A stretch of 64,000 bases of DNA from positions 26,412,001 to 26,476,000 of the forward strand of contig JAQFVV010000003.1 of the NCBI GenBank assembly GCA_028023455.1, read 5' to 3'. The notes under the pieces are model-generated. The model was given only the letters and a program-made list of their open reading frames with translations. It did no database searches and was not told where the DNA came from. This DNA is from Epiperipatus broadwayi. Its lineage: Eukaryota; Animalia; Onychophora. Below are positions 49,090 through 61,150 of this stretch, one piece after another; the first letter of the stretch is position 1; each line of letters starts with the position of its first letter. Made by a program: the position numbers and the translations under genes.

Positions 49090-49250
49090 AAACTAATATG
49101 CTAATGATCTGATAGTCATATCATAATAGAATCTTGAATAGATTTTTCAATAGCTAAGGAATTTCCAAGACAGTTCAAGACTGTTTCAGACAGCCAATGT
49201 AGCAGTCATCAAGTATTGGTCAATATGTATTAATCATTTATGCCTTAGAT
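49090..49250 (+). mobile_element. Small decayed LINE RT fragment
   Basis: LIYANDLIVIS (YADD-like) followed by stop-riddled RT-like sequence. Confidence 0.3.
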
Positions 49251-50043
49251 ATTATGAATCATCTGAAGAGCTCATGATTCATTTAAATGTAGTCATTTAA
49301 TTTTTAAGCTTTTATATAAAAGAGACAATTGATTTTTAGAAGAATTTATCTTTATACATTTTATATTGTCCATGTGGGAAAAAATGAAATGATATATTGA
49401 AAACAGTTATAGAACAAAATAAAAGCAATAAAGTTGTTGTTTTTTTAGTGAAAAAAAAAAAAAAATAGGGTAAAAATAGATTAGTTTCTAAAATTTATTT
49501 TGAAATGTTTAATATGCAGAAAATTTTTATGGTGAAATAAAGTTTTTAATGAGATTTGAATTGTGACAAAGATTCAATTTGTATCTTGTAAAATAATGAA
49601 TATCTAATAATCTGTAAAATATGGAATTACTAGACAGTAAAATTACTTCTGATATTATCATTTACTGCCTTTTTTCTCACAATCTTGTATTAGATAAAAT
49701 TCTTGATTTTTTCTCCTTTTTTTCCTGCCGTTTGCAATTGTTTTTAACTTTGTTTTATGTATAGATTCTCATTCTATCATCTTGTTTTGAGAATCTCTCT
49801 TATTATGCCAGTTGTAGTGGTTGTTTGTACAATTTTTTTTAAATTTCTTGTGATAGTGTGGCAGTCAATTGTCACTTATACTTTAAAGATGTATATGATT
49901 CAATTTGTTAATTAATTTATGAAGTTTTTTAATTGTCTTTTAATGTTAGTATCCTCAAAATTGATAAAACTTTAATACCACATATTTAAAAATTTATTTT
50001 TATTACTTGAACTATTATAGTGAATTACATTTATACATTGAAT

Positions 50044-50083
50044 ATCCAATGTTTCCACTACATCATATAGTCTATCAAGAATC
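50044..50083 (-). ncRNA. Variant hammerhead-like motif, second PLE palindrome, left arm
   Basis: Reverse complement reads ATTC-TTGATA-GACTATA-TGA-TGTAGTG-GAAAC-ATTGGAT. Confidence 0.45.
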
Positions 50084-51256
50084 ATTTAATGTTTATATAT
50101 ATAAACATACTAAATATAAACATGAAATTCCATATAATTTAATGCAAAAAAAAAAATAATTAAAATTATACAAACCTTACATAATCAAAAAGAAAAATAT
50201 ATATTGCATTATCTTAAAAAATACCTTCTGTCTAACAACTCACATTTCCTTTATACAAAATTATGCTTTTAAAAAACTCTTCAATTTAATTCTCTATAAT
50301 TATTTAACTATCAAGTTCCACCTTAATTTTATTTATTGAATTTTTATTGAAGATTTTATATACCAAATAATCTAAAATATAAATTATTTATTCCTCTAAT
50401 TACCAATTGTATATCTTATTAAATTTTATCTTTTTTTTTTTTCTCTTTCAAGATAATTTTATTTGACCTATAGTCGAATACAAAGAAAACAACAAGAATT
50501 AACTAGGTGAGGTTACAGGTTGATATATACAAAGAAGGAATGATCCAAAAGTCAGTAAAATACAAAATGAGTGTTAGTGAAGAACTTAATCAGTGGATGC
50601 AAGGTGAATAGATTATCAACAAATCTATTTATTTTTTTATTTTTTTTCAACTAAAAATCTATTCATTAAAGAGTTCATTTCACTTATATAAATACTTTAT
50701 ATTTTTTTCATAATATGAGTTTATACATTTAAGCATTTCTATTTTAAAATCTTTATGTTTAAATTGTTTCACATGTACATAAATTGCAGAATGGATAAAA
50801 TGATATTAGAAAGAATTATAAAAGAAAGTATTTATATAAGTGAAGTGAAACCTTTAATGAATAGATTTTTAGTTGTAAAAAGAAAATAAATAGATTTGTT
50901 TATAATATATTAAATTTTTAAAAAATAAGATAAAGTTTAATGATAAGATACACAATTGGTAATTAAGGGGAAGAAATATTTTGTTTTAGGTTCTTTGGCT
51001 GTAAAATATTCAATAAAAATTCAATAAATGTAATTAAAGAGGAATTTGATAGTTGAATAATTATAGGAAATTAGATTGGAAAGTTTTTTAAAAACATAAT
51101 TTTGTATAAAGGAAATGTGATTTGTTAGAGGGAAGGATTTTTTAAAGGTGAATGACATTTTTCTTTTTTGATTATATAAGGATTGTATATTTTTAATTAT
51201 TTTTTTTTTTTTGCATTAAATTAGTATGGAATTTTATATTTATATGTTTTTACTTG

Positions 51257-51298
51257 ATTCTTGATAAAGATTGTATGATATAGTTAAAACATTGGATA
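51257..51298 (+). ncRNA. Variant hammerhead-like motif, second PLE palindrome, right arm
   Basis: ATTC-TTGATAA-A-GATTGTA-TGA-TATAGTT-AAAAC-ATTGGAT. Confidence 0.45.
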
Positions 51299-51479
51299 TT
51301 TGATGTACATATGTAATTTATTATAATAGTTCATGTAAACTTTAAGTGGTTGGTGTAATAAAAACAAGTCTTTAAAGAAGAAATGGTATTAAAGTTTATC
51401 AATTTGGATTAAATGGACTATTTTTTGAAAAGAAAATGTGTTTTTATTTTAATAAGAATTATTATTGTCATTAACCATT

Positions 51480-51900
51480 GTCAGTCTTTCTAAGTTAATT
51501 TCTGTATCTTGAATCCAAAGTTTTTCTTCACCATATTACTCCACCAAACTTTTTATCTCATCCATTTATTTCATAAGTGATATCTTTCCAGATCTTTTAA
51601 TTTTTTTTAGTAACCAGTTTAAGACAATTTGTTCACTTATTGTTATTTCTTTTAATAAAATGGCCAAACTAGCCCCATTTTAGACTTCTAATTCTCTGAA
51701 TGATATCAATGGTACCTGTTCATTCTTACATATATCTCTTTATACTAAGTTATGTAGTTTATAATCTGTTACTCTGTATTAATTATTCCAGTCTCAGATC
51801 TGTAAGTAAGCCCTAACAGATTATATTCATTTACCACTTAGACTGCTAGGTCACCATCTTGATTTAAAAAAATTATAACAGATTTAATTTATAACATATC
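51480..51900 (-). mobile_element. Decayed 3' fragment of an RTE-clade LINE
   Basis: Minus strand IIQRIRSLKWG*FGHFIKRNNNK*T..VLNW...K*MDEIK aligns by eye with KIKRLKWSWAGHISRRNDNRWT..ILNW...RWMDEIRK of the 3.9-6.8 kb RTE. Confidence 0.7.
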
Positions 51901-52339
51901 TTCTGTTTGAATACAATAAATAAATATATATATATATATTGTTAGAAAGAGCAAAATATGAAAGAATATAATAAAACTGATAAGATTACCTCAAAAAAAA
52001 TTAAAAGAAGAGATTATTAACACTTTTAAAATGTTTATTTTTACATTGGTTCACAAATTCTAAATTTTGAAAGTTATATGCTAAAATGACAATTTCATAT
52101 ATAGCTTCATTACATTTGTTATAAAATGCTGAAAAAAATGATATATAATATGACTTAACTGAGTTAATTTTTCAGTATAAAAATTACAAAAAAAGATATG
52201 ATTTATGGCTTCAATTTTTATTAGCTGATCTAGATCCTGTCCTTCCATATCATGGTATCTTTTAGAAATATTTGGTTATTCTTCCATGCAAAGTATCTAT
52301 AAATATGTTTGGTTTTTAGTGGGGGGGGGGGGGTAATAG

Positions 52340-52630
52340 AAATAGTTTGAGATATTATGCAAAGAGAACTTTAATAAATTGTAATGTATTATTATATATT
52401 GTATTATTGAAAAATGGGATGTGACCTAAAATGTGTATTCTTTCAAGTGAAAAGTGTACTTAAAAAAAATAAATATCAAATAGTAAGAACAGTTTATGAG
52501 ATATTATGCAAATAAAACTTTAAAAAATTGCAATATATTATTATATATTAATTATTATATTATTGAAAAATGGGGTGTAACCTAAAATATGTATTCTTTT
52601 TAAGTAAAAGGGTATTCAAGAAAAGTCAAA
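52340..52630. repeat. Degenerate tandem duplication, about 155-160-bp period
   Basis: tgagatattatgcaaa...aacttta...attattgaaaaatggg.tgt.acctaaaat.tgtattcttt occurs twice. Confidence 0.8.
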
Positions 52631-52705
52631 TAAAAATTTCTTTTAAGATAAAATGAATAAAAACTATAACTAAATCAATAAATATCAAAATAAAAAAAAT
52701 TATTA

Positions 52706-52786
52706 TGAGCACTGATTATATATATGTGGGTGGGAGATGATATATGATAGTGGATAGTTGAGGGTTCTTGAAAGTCTGTGTTCAAG
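52706..52786 (+). mobile_element. Internally deleted copy of the hammerhead-bearing pLTR family (ribozyme lost)
   Basis: tgagcactgattatatatatgt...ggagatgat joins directly to atgatagtggata.ttgaggg.tcttgaaagtc. Confidence 0.6.
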
Positions 52787-53450
52787 AGATTATTACAAAA
52801 TTGTAACAAATGAGTACAATACTACTATAATCATGCAATAAATGAATCATCTTATAAATAAAATTATGATATATATTGCCTATTGCACTAACCATGCAGG
52901 TATGTTATTTTCTGAGTGTGGGTGTGCATGTTTTTATTGTCATTGAAATGTAAATTGCCTAAAATTCTACAGTATATTTATTGCTTTTCAACATCTATTT
53001 CATTATATAAAAAGTATAAAAATAAGTAATAAAAAACAATACTCACTGATGGGAAACTTGATTCCTAGCCAAAACATTTTACCAGTCCAGGTTTGAATTC
53101 TGATTGTGAAGAAGCTCTAGATGCAATTCCTATGCTTGACCTGCAAATGAAATGATTTCACCAAGTTTTTTTTTTTTTTTTGTCATTGCAGTTTCTAGAT
53201 GTGAATTATCACTAAAATTAGCTTTTACAAAGAGAAGGCTTAGAAATACATACATTGGCAATCGGAGCAAGCTGTGAGAAAGTCCATACATTTTATGAAT
53301 GCTAAATCTTAAAAAAAAGGAGAGGGGGATTAAAAATTGCATTTTAAAAAAAAAAATCATAAAAAATATAAATTTCATCATAGAAAAAAAAATACATCTT
53401 TTTGAACAAAGAAAAGGGTCACAAATACATACATCAGTGTTTGAATAATC

Positions 53451-54912
53451 GGTAAAGGTTTACTTTAGCGACCACAACATAAAAATCATGTTTGCCCTCT
53501 AGTTTTCAAAATTAGAAGTAAATTATTATTCGAAAATCTTACGTATATGCTCTTATATTACAATTACATTAAAATTTATTAAAATGTAAAAGATAATAAA
53601 AAAAATATTTACCATTTTAAAGAAGTTGAAATAATTACACTAGATTGATTAAAATAATTAGTTTAAATTATTTGAAACTTAAGAATTTAAACTATCTAGA
53701 TTTATAGCAGTTATTAAAAAAAACACCCTCTGTGTTCAAAAATTCGAATTACATGCACGTGTACAGTTTTATAGTTACAAAAAATGGCTGACAGATCTAT
53801 CACACATTTAATTCCAGATGACCAAATTATGAGTGTTGCTGCTATTCTGGCAGAACACTGGAAGAAGTCCGACTTGTGAAATGCCCTTCAAACTCCAGAA
53901 TTGGCCATCAAATGGCTTGCAAAAAGACACCTTCTGAAGAATTATGCCACATGCCAACAGTGTGGTATTCATTGTTTGCTGGTGATATATTCTGCAGGCA
54001 TAGATGGGTGTAGATGGCAATGCAGAATATGTCGCCGGTGCAGCACAATCAGAAAAGGGTCTTTCTTTTTCATAAGTCATCTGTTTCTGGGAACAATTGT
54101 AAATATAGTATATTTTTGGTCACATAATTTGCCCCAAGAATACATTGTGAATGAGACCGGTGTCAGCAAGAAAATAGTCATTGACTGGGCAAATTTTTGT
54201 TGTGAAGAAGGTGCCAAATATTTAGACACAAATCCGATGATTCTCGGCAGAATGGATGATAATGGGGAGCCATTGGTCATAGAAATCGATGAAATATATT
54301 ATTTCCACAGAAAATACCACAGGGGGACTATACGTAGAGGGCATTGGGTCTTTGGCGGTATTGATAGAGTGTCAAAGAAGTTCTTGACAGAAGTTACAGA
54401 TAGAGCAGCTGTCACATTGGAGGCCCTAATCCAGTGGTACATTTTACCAGGTACTCACATAATTGCAGATGGCTGGGTTGCATACATTAAAATTCATCAG
54501 ACTCAGCAATGGGGTATATATGCATTCGGTTGTCGTCCATCAGGACAACTTTGTGAATCCTGAAGACCAAGACATACATACCCAGAATATTGAGAATATG
54601 TGGATGAGAGTGAAGTGTAAGCTGAAATTCCAATCTGGTACCAGCAGAACTTTATTTTCATTGTATCTCCAAGAATTTGCCTTCCGGAGTATATATAGCA
54701 CTGCGCCTTTTTCTCCAATTTCCTAATATGTATAGGGCATAATTATGCTTAAAAAGGTAAATGATTTTTTTTATTATCTTTTATGTTTCAATTAATAAAT
54801 ATTTACTGTAATTGTAATATAGGAGCATATACATAAGATTTTAGAATATTTTTGTTTTAATTTTAAAAACTAGAGGGTGAATATGTTGTGGTCACTAAAG
54901 TAAATCTTTACC
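53451..54912 (+). mobile_element. Merlin (IS1595/ISXO2-like) DNA transposon, 1462 bp
   Basis: TIRs of about 165 bp: GGTAAAGGTTTACTTTAG... / ...CTAAAGTAAATCTTTACC. The degenerate 8-bp TSD is gaataatc / gaatatct. There is an internal transposase. Confidence 0.92.
53784..54726 (+). pseudogene. Merlin transposase (Zn-ribbon + DDE_Tnp_ISXO2-like), with one premature stop and one frameshift
   Basis: ATG 53784 reads MADRSITHL... to an in-frame TGA near 53877. Zn ribbon CQQC...WQCRIC. Catalytic motifs IEIDE, HIIADGW and HTQNIENMW, with the last in a second frame (shift near 54520). Confidence 0.9.
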
Positions 54913-55599
54913 GAATATCTTAGCAAGTGGTGAGAGAGTCCATTTCATTGGTAAAAACATTTTACAAATGCTAAATTCAAAAAAAAAATCATGAAAAATC
55001 TAAATTTTATCATAGAAAAAAAATATTATATATCATTTTAAATGCAACAAAATGGCGGAACGAATGGTATGAGACCCGTAGGTGTAAGACATACCAATTT
55101 TGTGCAAGCTCAGTTTTAAAATCTAAACTTCTGAAATGGGGTCCAAAAGGAGTTTTGGAAGGGAAAGAGTTTTAAAATCTTTTACAGTCATGTAGGCATG
55201 TTGGTTTTATGTTATTATTACTGAAAGCACTTCAATTCTATGGTTAATTTTATCCATTATGTTTCATCCATATTAATAATTTATTCAAGATATTTATTAA
55301 TTGTTAAGCTGTTACAGTTTATGACTAATAGTCTTTATTATTGTTGTTGCCTTTTTAAATAACACATTGAACATTGATTTATTTGTTTTTTACTATTATT
55401 TATTCTTAGTTTTTTTTTTTTTGGGGGGGGGTGCTATTTGTGTTTATATATTTTCTGGCTCACTTATTCATTTAGGATTTAAGCTTTTTCTGCAAATTTT
55501 TAAAAAAAACCCACTAGTGTGTTAAATGAAAGATTTTTTTTTTAATGCATCTGTAAGATATTTAAAGATATGTTTAAGTTTGGATGCTGATATATAAAT

Positions 55600-56080
55600 T
55601 AGCGTTTTTGGTTTATCTTAAAGTATTTTTTAATTTTCAGTGTTCACCTCTTTTTCTTTTCCCGCCTTTTTTTTTCATAGTATAACCTTTGGCTATTTAA
55701 TGTGAAGTTACAACCCAATGTTTGATTTATAGCATTATAGTTTTTAAATATTGCTTTTTAAAATTATAATACTGATTTAGTATATAGCATTGCTAGACCG
55801 GACTGAGCTTTTTAAAACAGCATTTACCATTTTTCTAATGATCGCTATATTTTAATGGGTTTTTGTAAATATCATTTACGATTTTTTAAAAAATGCCTTA
55901 ACATAGGTTAATTGTTTAAGATTTACTATCGCAGTATTTGATTATCACTATATACATTAGTGTTTTGGACTTATTTTAAAGTAGATTTATTTTAAAGTAT
56001 TTTTTAATTTTCAATGTTCACTTCTTTTTCTTTTCCCGCATTTTTTTTATGATAGTAGCACCTTAGGCTATTTAATGTGA
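55600..56080. repeat. Direct repeat of about 90-100 bp, about 375 bp apart
   Basis: taaagtattttttaattttca.tgttcac.tctttttcttttcccgc.tttttttt...ggctatttaatgtga occurs at about 55619 and 55993. Confidence 0.75.
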
Positions 56081-59000
56081 CATTTTCCCACCATTTTTTT
56101 AAGTGTAGTCCCTTCCCACCACCTTTTTTAATTATAGTGCCTCAGGTGTTTTGTTTTTTTGAAAAATGAGTGTTTCTAGTCGATGACATTTATCACTTGC
56201 ATGTGCCAGCAGTGTTTTTGGATGTTTCCAAATTCAAAATGGCCACCAAGCGCATACTATATCAGCACCTAAGTTTGTTAGACCTGGACTGACTTAAACA
56301 AGTAGTATTCTTCATTTAATTTTATTCTTTAATTTTCAGTTAGTCTGTATCCAAATCTACAATCTTTTTATTGTAATTCTTTTTTTTCTTATTATTATTA
56401 AAGAACAGATTTTAAATTATAATTTGAAATAATTATAATATATTTATTACTAAAAAACACATCACCACAATTAATTATGCAACTTTTTTTTATATGTTTT
56501 ATTAAATTGAATTGTTTTGGTTGTGAAAATGAATAAAGAAAATAGAAATACATAAATTAAAATAACTACAACATTTATAATCCAAAGACTTATCAAAGAT
56601 TAAAATACAATCTTTTCAAGCTTAAAAATGAAACGATATTTTGAATTGAATTCTTATTTTTATGTACAGTGTATTTAATTTTATATAATAACAATCTCTC
56701 ATGTGAATGAAGGCATGGTGCTAATAACAAAATTTGCAAATAATAATAAATTGTATGATAATATGCATTTTTAACACTCATATATATATAGGTGTGTGTG
56801 TGTACATACATGTTGAAATTAACATGTGTAATCTGTATATTATGCACTTAGAATCAAACAATTAAAATGTACAAAATACTATTTTCTGTTTTTTTCTTAT
56901 ATTTTTTTATTACAATTAGTTAAAATCATGGATACTGAAATCATTGATATGGAGAATTATTGTATTTACCAAATTATTGTCAAAAGTTTAAATTTCATGC
57001 AATCAATGGAAAAATTCTAAAAAATATATATGTTTTTTGATATGCTGAGAGAAACTAATGAAAAATAAGATATTTTTGTTCCATGATTTGATTATAAAAA
57101 AAACAGTGTGTCATTTTGTCTGTTATTGATGAATTTATTAAAGAGATGAGTGATTTCTATTTTTTATCATGTTGGATGTAGTTAAATAATCAGTTAATTG
57201 TCAAATATAATAAAAATATTGATTGTTTTGAAGATTTCATGAATTGATCAAAAAATTTGATAATATAATGAAATATTTGGTGTTTAGATATTTATTGGGT
57301 TTTTTTTTTTTGGGGGGGGGGCATGTTTGTTATGATCTGGGTTTTAGAAATCCTTTATCCCTTGTTGGATCATCAATTTGAATAGAAGACAGTTATTTTT
57401 TACTAGAACAAATGGATCTGGAAATGCATTGAATATAATTTCACCTAAGATTGGGATGCATGCAATTGTGTAGAAAATTAAACTACATACTATAACTGGG
57501 CTGCAATTTATTTTATGTTACTTAGATTTTTTTTTCTTTCTAGTAAAGTGAATTAATATTTAGGAAATAACATTCTATGTCAAATATAATTTTTATTTTT
57601 TATTTTTTAACAAGTTTTAAGAGACTTTAAAATCTGAGAAAAATGTTTTCTTTCTCTTTATAAGTACATCTTTTTTGTTGTTGTATGATTTTGCTTTAAT
57701 TTTATTATTAGCTATTATATACTTATAAATTTTTTATACTTTTTTATTTATTAATTAATTTGTGGTCTTTGATACATGCAAGATTTTTATCCCTGCCAAC
57801 AGTAATTTTGTATTTTTATCTCTACTGTGCTTGAAGTGCAATGGATACCACATTTCTCTGCCATGTTCATGACATGGGATTTGAATCTGTAAAACCTGTA
57901 AGACTATGATGTCCCCTTTTTATATTTTAATTCTGTCTACTTTTTTAGACAACATTCAATTGGTCAATATCTTTGAACTCACTTAACTAAAGCTATCTAC
58001 TGGAAGAAAATCTTAACTCATCTGGAAATCTGTTGTCTGAATAAAAAAAAAACATTTCCATTCAAAACTAGCAGCTCTCTTATATGAATACTTTATTTTT
58101 TATAAGCATTTATATTAAATTAAAGCAATGTTGGACTTACAATGTAGTCTTTAATTTTTTTTATTGACTTTTTTGATTTTTATAGGTAGGTTATTAACAA
58201 ACATGTATATTTGTGAAATTTATTTAAGGATTGTTTTGTAAGTAAATATATCATTTTTAAATAATCACTAACAAATAAAGTTTAATCATATAATCAATTG
58301 CTAAGGGTGTCATATGATATTTAAGTCCCTAAATATCAGATAAAATACAGTACTTCCATTCACTTGATTAGATTTTTTAAAATTCTTTCAGAAGGCAATC
58401 AATCTGAAAATCTTTGACCCTTGAGTTTATTGCTCTATCATATCAGTAATTCAACTAAAATGATTCGTTGGTATTACTATAATGATTTTTACTCTAAATT
58501 ACAAATGGAAATTATTACAATTACTGATATTTTGTAATTACAAAACCCTTTAGAATCATTACATTATTGTCTTTGTAGTCTTCAGATTTTAATCAAGTTT
58601 GATATTTTCATTTTAGGTGCTAACCCATAGCCAATTCAACCATTCATACAATTTTTATTACTATTAAGTAGAAGATAAAACAAGAAAGCAAAATACTATC
58701 CTCTTTATCTAAAATTTGACTAGCATAATAAATACTCTTCTTCTGTATCCTTTTTGTGAGGTTTTTATAATAAGAAAAGTTATTTATAATATGCTAGATT
58801 AAAATTGAAAAAGAAATAAAAACTATGTATGATTTACTTTGATTTTTCTGAAGTTTCCAAAGAAATTTCAAGTATAATATTGATAAAACTATTGCAGAAT
58901 TAGCCACCATTTAAATTAAGGTGATTCGTCTAATCATTGGTTTATGTCTTTGTTTGTATTATTATTTTATTATTTATGTCTATCTTTTCTACAAATGCTA

Positions 59001-59229
59001 TCATAGTTGCTATTATTCTAATTTACAAGTCATCCTAATCCTATAAGTAACTGCTATAATTATTACAGAATTAATCTACATAAGAAGAAAAATATAGGAA
59101 GGTTTTGTTGTAGAATCATTCATGGGACATTTTAATAACTAAATTGAAATTTGCTTAATAGTTTGTATTCATTTGAAAAAACTATATTTGTTTTTTTTAT
59201 TTTACTTAGCTGGAAAATTATCCAGATGT

Positions 59230-61150
59230 TTTTAGGTCTTAAGTCTATTAATCTGCCATTGTGAACAATGCATATCATGTGGTTGCAGATTTTCTCATTT
59301 TACAATTATTTAAGTTATCGCTAACATAGAAGCTAAATTTGAAAATTCATTAGAAAATGAAAGTTATAGATATAATGGCAAAATTGCTTCAGACGATTCA
59401 TACAGCTTAAGTCCATAAAGAATTGACTCAAAAAGTTAATGAAACGAATCATTTTTTTAAAAACAGTAATATTACATGCATCAATGAAGACAAGGGCAAC
59501 ACGCTAGTGTTGTTAAATAATAATGATTATATACAAAAAATGAACTTGCAAATCAGAAATTTACAATTTAAAAATATAAACATATCACAAAATATTCACA
59601 AGATAAATTTGTGTCTACAATTTTGAAAAGATACTGCAATAAAGCATATACACAGTCAGAGTATTTATTAATGTACTCAACAGCGGGCCCACTACGATGC
59701 ATGTTTTCAAATATTAAGTTGTATAAAGAAAGCCAACCGCTTAGACCTATGATAGATTTTAGAGGGTCATATTTACTATAAAGCAGCAAATAAAATAGCA
59801 TGTTGGTTAATTGAAGATATTGGTTTCAGCACCTACACAATAAAATCATTTTTGTGGAGAAAATTAAAAAAATAAAAGTCAATAAAAACCAAATTAGCCT
59901 CATTAAATATAAAAAAACTTTATGGTTCTATGTCTTGTGACCTATCTATTAACATAATTCAAGATGTTTTACAACAAATCAATTACAATCCAAATTTTAA
60001 AAAAATCGTAGTAGAAATCTTAAAATGTATTGACAAGAAAATAGTAGCATTAGCCAATGGAGAATTTTGTAAAATGGAGAGTGAATGGCTTAGGGGGCTT
60101 CCACTAAGTGGAATAGTTTGCAGCATTGAGCTCTCAAAATTTGAGAATAAAATATTTAAACCCTGCTTCGTTGAATAACATTTACATATCATTAATATAT
60201 GCCTGGATCTTAAAAAACATTGCCTCTAAAATGGACTATGGAAATTGAAGACAAAAATCACAGGATTAATTTTCTGGACATGTACATCCAGAAAAACAAT
60301 TATGAACTCAATTTGAAAATGAATTTAAATCAATCCAAATAAGAGGAGCCATTCATTCTAAATTAAGAGTCTTTAGAATACAAACTTGCAGATTTCAAAT
60401 ATTTGTTATATAAAAACAAACATTTATGCAAGTATGAGGCAGATAAGAACAACAACATTGATGCTTACATCAATGATCTCATAAGTATCGGATCTAATTG
60501 TAATATGCTAATAAAGACAATTGGAAAATTTTACTAATATAAATAAAAATAAAACATAAATAATATGCCAAAAGCATAGATAAATTTTCTATACATCCAT
60601 AGGATTGCAAAAAATATAATGAACATATATGCTAATACTTACAGCGTAAGCTTTAGATCACTTCCATCACTGAACAACTTACTAAATAATTCAAAACAAA
60701 AAATACCAGGTGAGCATGCTCCTCAAGTCATCTATAAAATCACTAGCAATACTTCATCCTGGAGTTCTACATATTATAATAAATCTCAAGCAAATAGATC
60801 CATGAGAATTAGCCAGCATACATACTTGTATAACAGAGCTGAACAGTATAACAAATACAAATCAATCTTTCTCGACGGGTCATACTGTCACTTTCACCAA
60901 TGTGAGAACAATCTGTGCCAAAAGAGATGACAGAAAAAGAAAATATAAAGAGGCTTGGGCAATCGCAAAAGATTCATATGTTTCATTATTAAAAAAATGG
61001 AACATTGAAATGCTGCATTTACATATTAAGCCTCATTTACATATCAAGCCATGTCCATATATATAGGCATAGTTCTAACTACTAAACTTTAAACAGCATT
61101 ATGATTCTGGCAATCATCGGCTGAAAGCATTCTTAGTGCATTATAAATCT
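59230..61150 (+). mobile_element. Decayed Penelope-like element (RT + GIY-YIG)
   Basis: Motifs in PLE order, with many stops and frameshifts: NEDKGNTLVLLNNNDYIQK, KESQPLRPMIDFRGS, GLPLSGIVCSIELSKFE, MEIEDKNHRINFLD, and VIYKITSN...YYNKSQANRSMRISQH. Confidence 0.85.

Larger units (their letters stand above)
49951..51409. mobile_element. Second head-to-head palindrome of Penelope-like 3' ends (different subfamily)
   Basis: 49951-50440 pairs with about 50920-51409, and 50615-50710 pairs with about 50800-50905. The right arm encodes DKMILERIIKESIYISEVKPLMNR (GIY-YIG C-terminal end). The left arm carries an unrelated insert of about 170 bp at 50445-50612. Confidence 0.8.

Noticed and set aside
49255-49281. 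ctgaagag inside the hairpin tgaatcat/atgattca
   Set aside because: It lacks GAAA and a cleavage triplet.
53808-54718. Minus-strand ORFs overlapping the Merlin transposase
   Set aside because: They are antisense shadows with no independent motifs.
53243-55030. Direct repeats on both sides of the Merlin element, suggesting a large duplication caused by it
   Set aside because: They are better explained by Merlin inserting into the second unit of an older degenerate tandem repeat of about 180 bp. The units are diverged and an 8-bp TSD is present.
61098-61132. Possible hammerhead relic at the 3' end of the 59-61 kb PLE
   Set aside because: The position fits, but the core (ttatga...gctgaaa) is too degenerate to support from one copy.
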